Below, piece by piece: positions 51,786 to 62,188 of a DNA stretch of 64,000 bases. The position numbers and the translations under genes were made by a program. The notes under the pieces are model-generated. The model ran no database searches. It saw only the letters and a list, made by a program, of their open reading frames with translations, and was not told where the DNA came from. This DNA is from an uncultured delta proteobacterium (GTDB taxonomy: Bacteria; Desulfobacterota; Binatia; Binatales; Binataceae), in the NCBI GenBank assembly GCA_963774705.1, contig CAVZFW010000001.1, forward strand, positions 269,743-333,742, given 5' to 3'. Position 1 is the stretch's first letter. Each line of letters starts with the position of its first letter.

Positions 51786-52516
51786 CCGATCCGTTCGATC
51801 TCAACCTCGACGACATCGCCGACCTTCATCGGCCCGACGCCCGCCGGCGTCCCGGTCGAAATCACGTCGCCCGGCAGCAGCGTCATCACCTGCGAAATGA
51901 AGCTGATGAGATGATCGCAATTGAAGATGAGCTGCGAGGTGCGGCTCCTCTGGCGGACTTCGCCGTTGACACGCGTCTCGAGGGCGAGGTCGGAGGGGTC
52001 GAGCTCGGTGATGATCCAGGGGCCGAGCGGCGCGAACGTGTCGAAGCCTTTGCCGCGCGTGAATTGAACGTCGCGCCGTTGAAGATCGCGAGCGGTGACG
52101 TCGTTGGCGCACGTATAACCGAGCACGTATCGGCGGGCCTCCGCGGGCGACACATTGCGGGCGGTCTTAGCGATTACGATCGCAAGTTCGCCCTCGTGAT
52201 GGAGGTTGCCGGTTTGCGGCGGGTAAACGATTTCGTCGCCCGGACCAATCACCGCGGTTGACGGCTTGATGAAGAGCATCGGCTCCTTGGGCAGTTCGCG
52301 GTTTCCCTCCGCGGCATGATCGGCGTAATTGAGCCCGATCGCGACGATCTTGCTCGGCGCGGCAGGGGCCAACAGGTGCACATCCTTCAAAGCTATCGCC
52401 GCGGCTCCCTTCGCCGGTGTCAGCGCATCGATCGTGCCTTCGAGCATCGAAATGCGATCGTTCTCGAGCGCACCGTAACGGTCGCGTCCCTCATGCGTGA
52501 AGCGCACAATCTTCAT
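51752..52516 (-). CDS. Fumarylacetoacetate hydrolase (FAH) family protein
   Basis: 254 aa with FAH-fold motifs (IVAIGLNYADHAAE; HEGELAIVI; GTPAGVG). Confidence 0.85.
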   Translation of the reverse strand: MKIVRFTHEGRDRYGALENDRISMLEGTIDALTPAKGAAAIALKDVHLLAPAAPSKIVAIGLNYADHAAEGNRELPKEPMLFIKPSTAVIGPGDEIVYPPQTGNLHHEGELAIVIAKTARNVSPAEARRYVLGYTCANDVTARDLQRRDVQFTRGKGFDTFAPLGPWIITELDPSDLALETRVNGEVRQRSRTSQLIFNCDHLISFISQVMTLLPGDVISTGTPAGVGPMKVGDVVEVEIERIGCLKNTIAAPR

Positions 52517-52539
52517 CGTTTCTTTGCCCTGCTCCCTGT

Positions 52540-53943
52540 ATGTCCTTGATCCGGCCCGCGCCCCAAGTCTTTCGCGTTCCGCACCGCCCTGTCCAGAGCC
52601 GCGGTCGCGTGAGCGGCTTGCCGCGTTTTGCCAAAGCCCCTAGCATCGTGAGGCGCGCGCCGGACATCGTCCGTGATGCGCAATTGGCGCAGGGGGCGTG
52701 CGAAACTTCGATGGAGAATCCAAAAATTCGGGCGGTCGAGGCCTTTCCGGTCGATCAGGACGGGCAGAACTACATTTGCCTGCGCGATCCGAGTGGCATA
52801 GCGCCGACGCCAATCCTGATCGGAATGGGCGCATACTTCCTGGTGACATTGTTCGACGGCACCAATTCGAAACTCGATCTCAAGGCGGCGTTCACCCGGC
52901 GTTTCGGCGATCTGCTGCCCTCGGAACATCTTGACGGTCTGATCAACGCACTGGATCAGGGTTACTTTCTGGATTCGCCCGCGTACGCGGCGCGAATCGA
53001 CGCGGTGCGCGAGGAATACCTGCGCAATCCGCAACGCCCCGCTGCGCTCGCCGGGCTTTGCTACGAAAATGATGCGATCAAGCTACGGCGAGAAATCGAA
53101 GCGTTCTTCAGTGCGCCGGGTGGCCCGGGACAGATTCCTCAACCGAACAGCAATGGTGCGGCGCTAAGCGGTCTGATCGCGCCGCATATCGATCCGCGGC
53201 GCGGCGGACCCGCATACGCGCACGCATACGGCGAGTTGCTCACGCGCGAGCGGCCCGACCTCGTGATCATCCTGGGAACGTCGCATTACGGCAGCGGTCC
53301 ACAACTATTTACCGCAACGCACAAGGACTATATGACGCCGCTCGGCGCCGTCACGACCGATCGCGAATTCGTCGATCGGCTGGCAACACGGTATAGCGAC
53401 GGCGATCTGTTCGCCGAAGAACTGCTCCATCGCAACGAGCATTCGATCGAGTTCCAGGCCCTGTTTCTCGCGTGGGCGTTGGGCACCACGGGCTATAAAG
53501 TCGTGCCGATTCTGGTCGGCTCCTTCCACGAGATGGTGACTAGCGGCGAAACCCCTGCGCTCGACTCGCGCGTGGGCGGTTTTATCGAGGTGTTGCGCGC
53601 CGAACTCGCGGCCGAAAACCGCCGCGTCCTGATCGTTGCGGGCGTTGACTTCGCGCACGTCGGCAAAAAGTTCGGCGACTCCTTCAGCGCCGACCAGAAG
53701 ATTGCAGAATGGGTGAAGGCCGAGGATCTCGCCCTTATCGAAAACATCAAGCGCGGCGATCCAGCGGGTTTCTTCGCCGACATCGCCAAGGATCAGGACC
53801 AGCGAAAAATTTGCGGACTGTCACCGATGTACACCCAGCTCGAATTACTGCGCGACCATCGCGCGCGACTGCTGATGCACGACATCGCAATGGAGCCGCA
53901 GACCGAATCGGCGGTCTCATTTGCCAGTCTCGCGATCGATTGA
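52540..53943 (+). CDS. MEMO1 / AmmeMemoRadiSam-system protein B homologue with about 140-aa N-terminal extension
   Basis: The C-terminal 270 aa match the MEMO1 family (LSGLIAPHIDPRRGG; IILGTSHYG; VAGVDFAHVG). The likely start is MENPKIRAV at about 52711. No AMMECR1 or radical-SAM partner nearby. Confidence 0.75.
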   Translation: MSLIRPAPQVFRVPHRPVQSRGRVSGLPRFAKAPSIVRRAPDIVRDAQLAQGACETSMENPKIRAVEAFPVDQDGQNYICLRDPSGIAPTPILIGMGAYFLVTLFDGTNSKLDLKAAFTRRFGDLLPSEHLDGLINALDQGYFLDSPAYAARIDAVREEYLRNPQRPAALAGLCYENDAIKLRREIEAFFSAPGGPGQIPQPNSNGAALSGLIAPHIDPRRGGPAYAHAYGELLTRERPDLVIILGTSHYGSGPQLFTATHKDYMTPLGAVTTDREFVDRLATRYSDGDLFAEELLHRNEHSIEFQALFLAWALGTTGYKVVPILVGSFHEMVTSGETPALDSRVGGFIEVLRAELAAENRRVLIVAGVDFAHVGKKFGDSFSADQKIAEWVKAEDLALIENIKRGDPAGFFADIAKDQDQRKICGLSPMYTQLELLRDHRARLLMHDIAMEPQTESAVSFASLAID

Positions 53944-53988
53944 CTTCTTGACGAAACAGGCCGACCAGTTCTCCGACTACCGGCCCGC

Positions 53989-54711
53989 CTAGCGTTTCTC
54001 GTTCGCCTTGAGAAACTCGCGAACGCGTTTCACCGCCGCCGGAATGGCGTCAGGAGTCTTCCACGACTCGACCAACTCGGCCTTCGGCGCGAGCGATGCG
54101 ATCTCGCGCGAGACAGGCGCCGGATGATAGAGGTCGTCGCCCGCGAGCACGAGTAACGGATGAGTGCATTTGCGCACGAAATCGCGCGTCACTGAAAAGA
54201 CGAAGTCGCTACCGTACATGCGCTCGCGAAAGGTCGTCAGCGCGTCGTCAGTCAGACTCGCGTCGTGTCGCTGCAAGGCCTTCGCCCAACCGTCGAACAT
54301 CTCGCGGAAGGCCTCGCGGTTTTCGTGCAGGCCGATCGGATTTTGCAACACTGCGGCGCTAACGCGATGCGGGGCCTCATTGATCAGGCTCAGGCAATAC
54401 GACGACCCGATGCAGCCACCCATCGTATGGCAGCGCGCGATGCCGAGATGGTCGAGCAGGGCGAGGTGGTCGGCCGTATAGGTATGCCAGCCGTCGGCGG
54501 CACTGACCGGTCCACGCGACTGACCCGCATTACGCTGATCCATCGCGATTACACGGAAATCGGCGGCGAATTCCGTGGTCGGGTCGAATGGGCTCTTATG
54601 CCAGAACTCGATGCTCGACCGCATCCCGCCGGGCGCAAAAAGCAACAAGGGATAGCCGGAACCAAATTCTTCGTAGTAGAGCGAAACGCCGTCGCGCTCG
54701 AATTTTGGCAT
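53989..54711 (-). CDS. Alpha/beta hydrolase
   Basis: 240 aa with HTMGGCIGS nucleophile elbow variant and an LLLFAPGG motif. Confidence 0.7.
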   Translation of the reverse strand: MPKFERDGVSLYYEEFGSGYPLLLFAPGGMRSSIEFWHKSPFDPTTEFAADFRVIAMDQRNAGQSRGPVSAADGWHTYTADHLALLDHLGIARCHTMGGCIGSSYCLSLINEAPHRVSAAVLQNPIGLHENREAFREMFDGWAKALQRHDASLTDDALTTFRERMYGSDFVFSVTRDFVRKCTHPLLVLAGDDLYHPAPVSREIASLAPKAELVESWKTPDAIPAAVKRVREFLKANEKR

Positions 54712-55165
54712 GACAAATTACCTCCGCATCAGGACGGTGCCGACAACTCGAAAGGTTGCACCACGCACTATGCCGTCGGAGCTAGCGATAAATCGATGGG
54801 CACGCAAGCTCTCGAATGCAAACCCGCCGCCTCATGTGCCTTGGTGAGTGGCAAATCTGCGGCCACAGAATGTCGAGATTTTGTCGCCAATCTTGCCGCT
54901 TTCTAACAACTCTCTGGCGTGAATTGATGCTTAGTCGGGCGCGCGATTACGGCACATATCTTGGGTTACAAGGGTCGTTAGAGGTACTTACGCGAAACAT
55001 ATTTCAGGTCATGTCGGGTGGGGTGGAACTGATGGTGTGGGGGGCGAGATCGCGTCGGAGGGTCCATGCGACCCTCCGGCGTCGATTGGCCGTAGCCGTC
55101 TTCTCGACCATCGATTTCGTGCTGACGCGCCTCGATGGCGAAAAACGTGCAGTGCAAGCAGGTCG

Positions 55166-56356
55166 CTAACGGGCTCGCGGCAAGCCAAGCACTCGTTCGG
55201 CGATGATGTTGCGTTGAATCTCCGACGTACCGCCTTCGATTGTATTGGCCCGTGAGCGCAGGAAATGATGTTGCCAGCGGCCACTCTGGACGGCATACGG
55301 CGATCCTTTGACCAGTTGACTTGCCGGGCCCTCGAGTTCGATCACAAACTCCTGCATCCGTTGATTCAGCTCCGACCACGCGAGCTTGGAAATCGATCCT
55401 TCGGGTCCGGGATTTCCGCCCTTGAGAATCTGCGAGAAGGCTCGGTATGAAGTGAAACGCATCATTTCGAGCTCGACGTAAAACTGCGCGAGGCGCTGGC
55501 GAATCACCGGATCCTTGGTCGCGGGTGCGCCATTGCGCATCGTGGTGCGGGCGAGATCAAGAATTTCCTCATAGACGATGCGGTAACGCATCACGCCCGC
55601 CATTGCCATCGTGCCGCGCTCATTCATCAGCGTTGTGGTCGCGACACGCCAACCCTCGTTGAGGCCGCCGAGCAGATTCCGGCGTGGCACATGAACGTCT
55701 TCGAAGAACATCTCGTTGAACTCGGACTCGCCGGTCATCTGGCGGAGCGGGCGCACAGTAATTCCGGGACTCTTCATATCGACCAGCAGATAGCTGAGGC
55801 CACGATGTTTGGGCGCGTCGGGATCGGTTCGCACCAGCAGCATGCACCAGTCGGCGATATGGCCGAGCGTGGTCCACACCTTCTGTCCGTTCACGATAAA
55901 CTCGTCACCCTGAAGCTCGGCGCGAGTACGAGCAGCGGCTACGTCCGAACCGGAATCGGGTTCGGAGAAGCCCTGGCACCAGATTTCCTCACAGCTCAGA
56001 ATCTTCGGCAGATAGCGAGCCTTCTGTTCGTCGTTGCCATACGTGATGATGGTCGGCGCCGCCATCGTGAGACCGAGGACGTTGAGCGGTGCGGGTGCGC
56101 GCACGCGTGCGACTTCCTCATTGAAGATCGCCATCTCGATCTGCGATGCGCCCTGCCCGCCAAACTCCTTCGGCCAGGCCATGCCGAGAAAACCGCCCTC
56201 GTACAGGCGCCGCTGCCAGTCACGCATGAATTCGATCATCGACATGCCGTCGGGACGGAAGCCCGCCTTGCCCCATCCGGGCGGCAGATTATCGCGCAGG
56301 AAAGTCTGCACCTTTGCGCGAAATTCTTCCTGATCCGGCGAAAAGCTCAGGTCCAT
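55166..56356 (-). CDS. Acyl-CoA dehydrogenase family protein
   Basis: 396 aa with ACAD N-, middle- and C-domain motifs (CQGFSEPDSGSD; TIEGGTSEIQRNIIAERVLGLP). Confidence 0.85.
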   Translation of the reverse strand: MDLSFSPDQEEFRAKVQTFLRDNLPPGWGKAGFRPDGMSMIEFMRDWQRRLYEGGFLGMAWPKEFGGQGASQIEMAIFNEEVARVRAPAPLNVLGLTMAAPTIITYGNDEQKARYLPKILSCEEIWCQGFSEPDSGSDVAAARTRAELQGDEFIVNGQKVWTTLGHIADWCMLLVRTDPDAPKHRGLSYLLVDMKSPGITVRPLRQMTGESEFNEMFFEDVHVPRRNLLGGLNEGWRVATTTLMNERGTMAMAGVMRYRIVYEEILDLARTTMRNGAPATKDPVIRQRLAQFYVELEMMRFTSYRAFSQILKGGNPGPEGSISKLAWSELNQRMQEFVIELEGPASQLVKGSPYAVQSGRWQHHFLRSRANTIEGGTSEIQRNIIAERVLGLPRAR

Positions 56357-56440
56357 CGATCAATCTCCAACAGGGTGTTCAGCGGCGCGGCCTTAACTGT
56401 CAAATCAGCCGAGTTCATCCGAGTGTATTCATCAGTTGTA

Positions 56441-56842
56441 TCAATTCGGCGCGGCCCCATTCGACTTCGAAGCGATGGCGGTTGGCCATTCTCTGGAGCT
56501 GGTGTGGATTGCGCCTGCGGGTGGCGCCAATGCGATCGCTTCCTCGACCGTACGGGCGACCCATTCCTCGCCGTGAATCAGGAGTTTGAGACGGTCTCGC
56601 AGAGTTCCGGCGGCCGCCACCTTCGCGGCAAAAGGTCCGACCGAACTGGACGAGGGGTCACCGCCGGATCGAATCAACTGCTCCAGCTGGCTGACGGTAG
56701 CGGACTCATCCTCACGCGAAGTCGCGAGCAGCGCATGCAATTCCGGTTGCGTAACTTCGAGCAGCAAAGCGTCTATCGCGATCACCCCCGCACGTTCGGA
56801 TTCGAGCAGGAGATTAAGGATTTGTGCGAGCGCCTGATCCAC
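56441..56842 (-). CDS. Hypothetical protein (helical, 133 aa)
   Basis: An ORF fills the gap between the ACAD and nrnA-like genes; no motifs. Could be spurious in GC-rich DNA. Confidence 0.3.
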   Translation of the reverse strand: MDQALAQILNLLLESERAGVIAIDALLLEVTQPELHALLATSREDESATVSQLEQLIRSGGDPSSSSVGPFAAKVAAAGTLRDRLKLLIHGEEWVARTVEEAIALAPPAGAIHTSSREWPTAIASKSNGAAPN

Positions 56843-56916
56843 GGCGCGAATCTACTTCGCGACGGAATCGTCCGCAAGCTCCAATAATAGTCCTCGGTCG
56901 ATGGAATCCGGCGGAT

Positions 56917-57889
56917 TCAGGAGGTTTTTTCCAGGCGATCGCCGAGGATCTCAGCAAGGCGTTGCGCGGGTGCGCGCTTGGCATCGGCGATCGCGAAACC
57001 GGCTGCCGCCGCATGACCGCCGCCGCCAAACTGATGCGCCAGCGCGGAAAGGTCGACTTCGCAATCGACGCTGCGCCGCAAGCTCACGCCGAGGCTGCGC
57101 AAATCGAACAGCGCGATCACCGTATGCGTTTGGCCTTCGTAAAGCTTCGAGGCTACTTCGCTGCTGTAGCCCATGCAGCACGCAGTGCGAATTCGAAGAC
57201 CGTTGCCTAACGGCCGCTCGACCATGGTGGCGTGGGCGAGATCGAGGCTTTTGTCCATCGCCTTACGACCCGCTTCGAGTGCGATCCGCATACGACGGCT
57301 CATCACCGGTTCAGTCAGCTTGGTGATCTCGCGGTACGAATCGACTGCCGCCCAGCGTCTGCACCGCGAGCGCCCAATCGGCTGATTCGGGCACCTGATG
57401 AACCCAGCGGTCGTGGTCGTCGGCGATTGCGACGAACGGGAAGAACTTCTCGAACTCTGCGAGCCGCGACTGCTCGCCGCGCTCCTCAGCCAGACCCTTC
57501 AGATAATTGAAGGCGAGCCGCGCGGCCGAGAACTCCTCGGAAAGCAGCCGGCCGGTGAATGGCACGTCGAACTCCGGCGCGTCGGCGCGCGAGACCGCCG
57601 TGCGATGGTGATCGATCCAGTATAGGCGTGCGCCGTTGCTGACCAGGTTGGTCAGGTGTTCCGCGGTCTTGGACGAAGTCCACGAAATGTCGGTGATCCA
57701 AATCTCGTCGTCGCCGCCCTTTGCCCGTAAATTCTGGATGACCCGGTCGCTGTCGCCGTTCGCCGCGAGCATCGTGGTTACGCGCTGCTCGGGATAAAAG
57801 CGCTTGATCGCCGCCGCCGCCATCACTCCGTCAAGACAGGACGGGCCGTGGCTCACGATCTGTATGTTGTGCCGATCGGGTCGAGGCAT
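56917..57889 (-). pseudogene. nrnA: DHH-family phosphoesterase (NrnA-like oligoribonuclease/pAp phosphatase), one frame change near 57306-57320
   Basis: DHH domain in 57311..57889. DHHA1 domain with FGGGGHAAAAGF in 56917..57306, in a different frame. Confidence 0.7.
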
Positions 57890-58013
57890 AGTCTTTCGAG
57901 TCTATTCAATTGTTGCGTCTCATGCGATGCGTCTCGAATGAGCGCGAAACACCTTCACGTAGCACGAGGTGCCTGTAGCCACGCGCTTCGGGCGATGAAG
58001 ATTTTTTTTCACC

Positions 58014-59565
58014 GTGCTAGAGTCCCTACGGATCGAGCAAGCGACGCCATGTAGCGGCGTGCGCGCGCGACGGACACTGCATCAAGTGGAACCATCGATT
58101 CTGGAGCGTTCGCAACACCCGGTATCGCGGCGCGATATCGACCCGAACGTGCTCAAGATTCTCTACCGCCTCGATGCCGCGGGCTACGCCGCGTATCTGG
58201 TCGGGCGGCGGTGTGCGCGATCTGATGATGGGGCGGCGGCCCAAGGACTTCGACATCGCGACTTCGGCGCATCCGCAGCAGGTGCGCGATCTGTTCCGCA
58301 ATTCGCGCCTGATCGGACGCCGTTTTCGACTCGTTCACGTTTTTTTCGGCCCGCAGAATATTGAAGTCTCGACCTTTCGGCGACGCGCCGAGGACGTTGC
58401 CGAAGGCGATGACCCGATGATTCGTCACGACAACACGTTCGGCACACCCGAAGAGGACGCGTTTCGCCGCGATTTCACTGTCAACGCGCTCTTTTACGAT
58501 CCGCGCTCCTTTGAAGTGATCGATTATGTCGGTGGCGTCCCCGACCTCGAGGCGCGGCTGATTCGTACGATTGGCGATCCGGAAGTGCGGATGCGCGAGG
58601 ATCCGGTCCGCATGATTCGTGCGGTGCGCTTCGCGACCAAACTCAGTTTCGAGATCGAACCGGCGACGCGCGCGGCGATCGAACGTCATAGCGGCGACCT
58701 CGCCAAGTCTTCGGTGCCGCGGCTGGTCGAGGAGATCTTCCGCACGCTGAGTTTCAAGGGCGCCGAGCGCGCTTTGTTCCTGATGGAGCAATTGGGCCTG
58801 CTCGAAGTGCTGCTGCCGAAGCTTTCGGCGCATCTGCGGGCGCACACCGACGGCGCCGGAACCGACCTCGAGATCACCGCCACCGCACGAAATCTCGCCG
58901 CGCTCGGAAATGTAATCGAAAATGGCGACGAGCCCTCGCGTCCGCTGATACTGGCCTGCCTCTTCGCCGACTTCCATCACGTGGCAATCGCGAGCGCGGG
59001 CGACGCCCAGCGGCTGATGTTGGTGGAATTTCTGCGCGAACGTGGATTCTCGCGTGCCGACACCGACCACATGCGACTGCTGCTCGAGGCGGCGACTCAT
59101 ATGAGGATGCGAACGCGCATCGCGAGGCGCATCGTACGCCGCCCCTACTATCCCGAGGCCCGCCGCCTTTTCGAGTTAATCGCGCCGACCTACGACGTTG
59201 AAGTCGAGGCCTTCGATCGATTCCTCGCCGAAGGACGCGACCAGCCGCGCCATCGCCACCACATTTCCGCAACCACTTCAGGCGGCGCCGATCGCAACCT
59301 CGACGCGGCAGCGGCGTCAGCTCAGCCTGGACGCCATCGCCGACGCCGCCGCGGAGGACGCCGGCGACGACGCTCGAATAGGTCTCCCGGGCAAATTCTC
59401 ATCGATTCGATCGCCTCGCCAGAGAGCGACTCCTTACCTGACCGGAACTCGTTAGACGTTGCTGCCGCCCGGGTGAACGAGCCAGTGCAAGCCACCACTG
59501 AGAAGCTTGTTGGCGACGCAGCGCATAGCGCGCCGGACCACCGCAGACTCCCGCATCCACGCTAG
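58014..59565 (+). pseudogene. pcnB: Poly(A) polymerase I / tRNA nucleotidyltransferase family, one frame change at about 58203-58210
   Basis: The N-terminal 60 aa (ILYRLDAAGYAAYLVG) are in frame 3. The head-domain motif GGGVRDLMMGRRPKDFDIAT...LIGRRFRLVHV continues in frame 1. The shift sits in the G-rich run gggcggcgg. Confidence 0.8.
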
Positions 59566-59732
59566 GCATATAGGTTCCCGAGCCGTGCTCTCATGTTATG
59601 GCTTGTTCAATTCGTCCTCTTCAACTACTTTTGAGGCTCCTTTGAGTTAACTGCGGGATATTCCGCCGCTCACCGACTACCGTATTCAACGGCCTCGGAC
59701 GGGCGCTCGATTCTCTGAGGCGAGGTTGCGCT

Positions 59733-60659
59733 TTGGCAGCAAACAACGTGCGCTCGGAAATGATCTGGATGGACGGCGCGATGGTGCCCTACGACCAGGC
59801 CAACATCCACGTTCTCACCCACAGCCTGCATTACGGGTTGGCGGTATTTGAAGGGATGCGATGTTACAAGTCCGAGAATGGACGATCGGCCATTTTCCGT
59901 GCGCAGGAGCATATTCGCCGCCTGTTTGATTCCGCGCATATCGTCGAGATGCGTATCCCGTTCAGTCCGGAAGAAGTGGTGAAGGCGTGCACCGATGTCG
60001 TTCGCGTCAACAAGTTTGACGAATGCTACCTGCGTCCGATCGCCTTTTACGGCGCCGGCGAGATGGGCGTGGTGGCGCGCAACAACCAGGTTCGCCTCGC
60101 CATAGCAGCATGGCCATGGGGCGCCTATCTCGGCGATGACGGCATCACGAAAGGCGTGCGCCTGAAGACCTCTTCATTCGTCCGCTTCCATCACAATTCG
60201 ATGATGCCGATGGCGAAGCTGTCTGCGAACTATGTCAACTCGGCGCTGGCGGGCTACGAGGCGCGCCGCAACGGTTATGATGAAGCGCTGTTACTGGACG
60301 TCAACGGGTACGTTTCCGAAGGCAGCGGTGAAAACTTCTTCATCGTGCGCGACGGGGTCGTGCGCACGCCGCCGCTGATGTCGTGTCTGGCGGGGATCAC
60401 GCGCGAATCGGTGATTAAGATCCTGGCCGACGATGGTATCCAGGTGTTGGAGCAGCCGTTTCCGCGCGATATGGTCTATATCGCCGATGAGGCCTTCATG
60501 ACGGGCACCGCAGCCGAAGTTACGCCGGTGCGCGAACTCGATGATCGGCAAATCGGCGAGGGCAAGCCCGGTCCGATCACGCGCAAAGTGATCGAGGTCT
60601 TCCACGGCGCGTTGCGCGGCCGCGAACCGCGCTACGGCAAATGGCTGCACTATGTCTAG
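59733..60659 (+). CDS. ilvE: Branched-chain amino acid aminotransferase
   Basis: 308 aa. MIWMDGAMVPYDQANIHVLTHSLHYGLAVFEGMRCY and an ETGTAAEVTPV-type region are classic IlvE class IV aminotransferase features. Confidence 0.9.
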   Translation: MAANNVRSEMIWMDGAMVPYDQANIHVLTHSLHYGLAVFEGMRCYKSENGRSAIFRAQEHIRRLFDSAHIVEMRIPFSPEEVVKACTDVVRVNKFDECYLRPIAFYGAGEMGVVARNNQVRLAIAAWPWGAYLGDDGITKGVRLKTSSFVRFHHNSMMPMAKLSANYVNSALAGYEARRNGYDEALLLDVNGYVSEGSGENFFIVRDGVVRTPPLMSCLAGITRESVIKILADDGIQVLEQPFPRDMVYIADEAFMTGTAAEVTPVRELDDRQIGEGKPGPITRKVIEVFHGALRGREPRYGKWLHYV

Positions 60660-60696
60660 GCTCCGTCCCGAACTGCTCGCGGCAAGCACCTAATCG

Positions 60697-61350
60697 ATGA
60701 GGTTCCTAACGACCGTAACAGGAGTCGTCCTTATGGGAGCCCTCTTCAATCTTCTTTTTCCGTGGCTGGCGCGCGGCGAGATGCTCAAGGTGGGCGACGC
60801 CGCACCGGAATTTTCGACTACTGCTGTACTGGGCGATCAAGCGACGCCAATTAAGCTCAGCGACTATCGCGGCCGCAAGGTCGTGCTCTATTTCTATCCC
60901 AAGGACAATACGCCCGGCTGCACCAGGGAAGCGTGTACCTTTCGCGACGGCTACAACGACTTGCAGCGCTGGGGCATCGTGCTGCTCGGATGCAGTATCG
61001 ATAGCGCAGACAGTCATCGCGCATTCGCCCGCAAATACAGCCTGCCGTTTCCGCTGCTGCTCGATCCGGATAACAAAATCGCCAAGGCCTACGGCGCCGA
61101 CAACGGAATTCCCATCCTGGGTCTCGACCGCCGTATCACGTATGTTATCGGCGAGGACGGTAATATCCTGAAGGTCTATCCGAGCGTCGATCCGGCCAGC
61201 CACGCGAAACAAATCGTTCGCGACCTCGGTGCCGACCAGCAACCGCCAACGCCGGTCGCGACGCCGTCACCCACGCCCGCCGCGGAGCCTACGAGTGGGC
61301 CGAAGCAGCGCAAAGGCGTCGATTCCGATTCGGACAGCGAACCCGACTAG
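60697..61350 (+). CDS. bcp: Peroxiredoxin (Bcp-type thiol peroxidase) with signal peptide and Pro/Thr/Ser-rich acidic C-terminal tail
   Basis: YFYPKDNTPGCTREAC peroxidatic-Cys motif. N-terminal hydrophobic leader. The C-terminus QQPPTPVATPSPTPAAEPTSGP...DSDSDSEPD is low complexity. Confidence 0.85.
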   Translation: MRFLTTVTGVVLMGALFNLLFPWLARGEMLKVGDAAPEFSTTAVLGDQATPIKLSDYRGRKVVLYFYPKDNTPGCTREACTFRDGYNDLQRWGIVLLGCSIDSADSHRAFARKYSLPFPLLLDPDNKIAKAYGADNGIPILGLDRRITYVIGEDGNILKVYPSVDPASHAKQIVRDLGADQQPPTPVATPSPTPAAEPTSGPKQRKGVDSDSDSEPD

Positions 61351-61455
61351 GCTGTCACGCCACTAATTGCTTCACTTGGTGGATAGCCCAGGCTGACCGC
61401 AAGCAGCACCGCGGCGGCTGCGAGTATCTCGCCATTGGACTCGCGCCCAACAATG

Positions 61456-62112
61456 TTAATCAGGGCCGCTGCGTGCGCCTGAACCGTTCGCCGCAACCGA
61501 TTCGCGATAGCCTCCGCTGCCGTCCGGATCGAAGGCCGCGTCGATTAACCAATTCGGATCGCAGTTGGTCTCGCGCAGAGCCTCCGCTACGGCGCGCCGC
61601 CAGAACTCCCGCGGCTCAGCGATGTCGAAATTGGTCACAAGTTCGACGCGATCGCGCAACAGCGAAATCAATGGTCGATAGCGCTCATTCAATCTGAGCC
61701 GCTCGTCGATGTCCTGATCGCGGAGAAATTCACCGACGAGCCCATCATCGCCGTAAATTCCCGCTGAACCCGCGGCTGGTTCGAGCTCGACGAAGTGTTC
61801 TTGAGTTCCGTCGCGTTCCAGGCCGAGCGGATAAAGCCTGCAGGCAAGCGGCCGTCCAACATGAATCGTGCACTGTACGCCGTCGAGCGCGACGCATTCG
61901 CCATTGGCGCCGAAGCGAAGCAATGATCCCCGCCGCATCGCATAACGCGCAACCACCTCACTCGTACTGAGGCCGATTGCACGAGCGATCGCAATCACGT
62001 CGACCGGCGATAGCGTTATCGACTGGTTGCGGCAACAGCGCCCGCATTGATTACAGCGATACGAGAATCGGCTTTGCCGGTTCATCGAAGAGGATGTAAG
62101 CGCTTCGGGCAT
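61456..62112 (-). CDS. ykgJ: YkgJ-family cysteine-cluster protein (putative Fe/Zn-binding, UPF0153)
   Basis: CNQCGRCC ... CVALDGVQCTIHVGRPLACRLYP matches the CxxCxxCC family signature. Confidence 0.75.
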   Translation of the reverse strand: MPEALTSSSMNRQSRFSYRCNQCGRCCRNQSITLSPVDVIAIARAIGLSTSEVVARYAMRRGSLLRFGANGECVALDGVQCTIHVGRPLACRLYPLGLERDGTQEHFVELEPAAGSAGIYGDDGLVGEFLRDQDIDERLRLNERYRPLISLLRDRVELVTNFDIAEPREFWRRAVAEALRETNCDPNWLIDAAFDPDGSGGYRESVAANGSGARSGPD

Positions 62113-62188
62113 CGTCGCTAACGCTACCTAATTCGGCGCGGCTTATGTACGATCGTTCGATAGATCCGGCGAAGCGAAAGGTGGCCCC

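Noticed and set aside
55691-56887. 398-aa plus-strand ORF
   Set aside because: Antisense to the acyl-CoA dehydrogenase gene and the hypothetical 56441..56842 gene; no domain signal.
58153-59100. 315-aa minus-strand ORF
   Set aside because: Antisense to pcnB.
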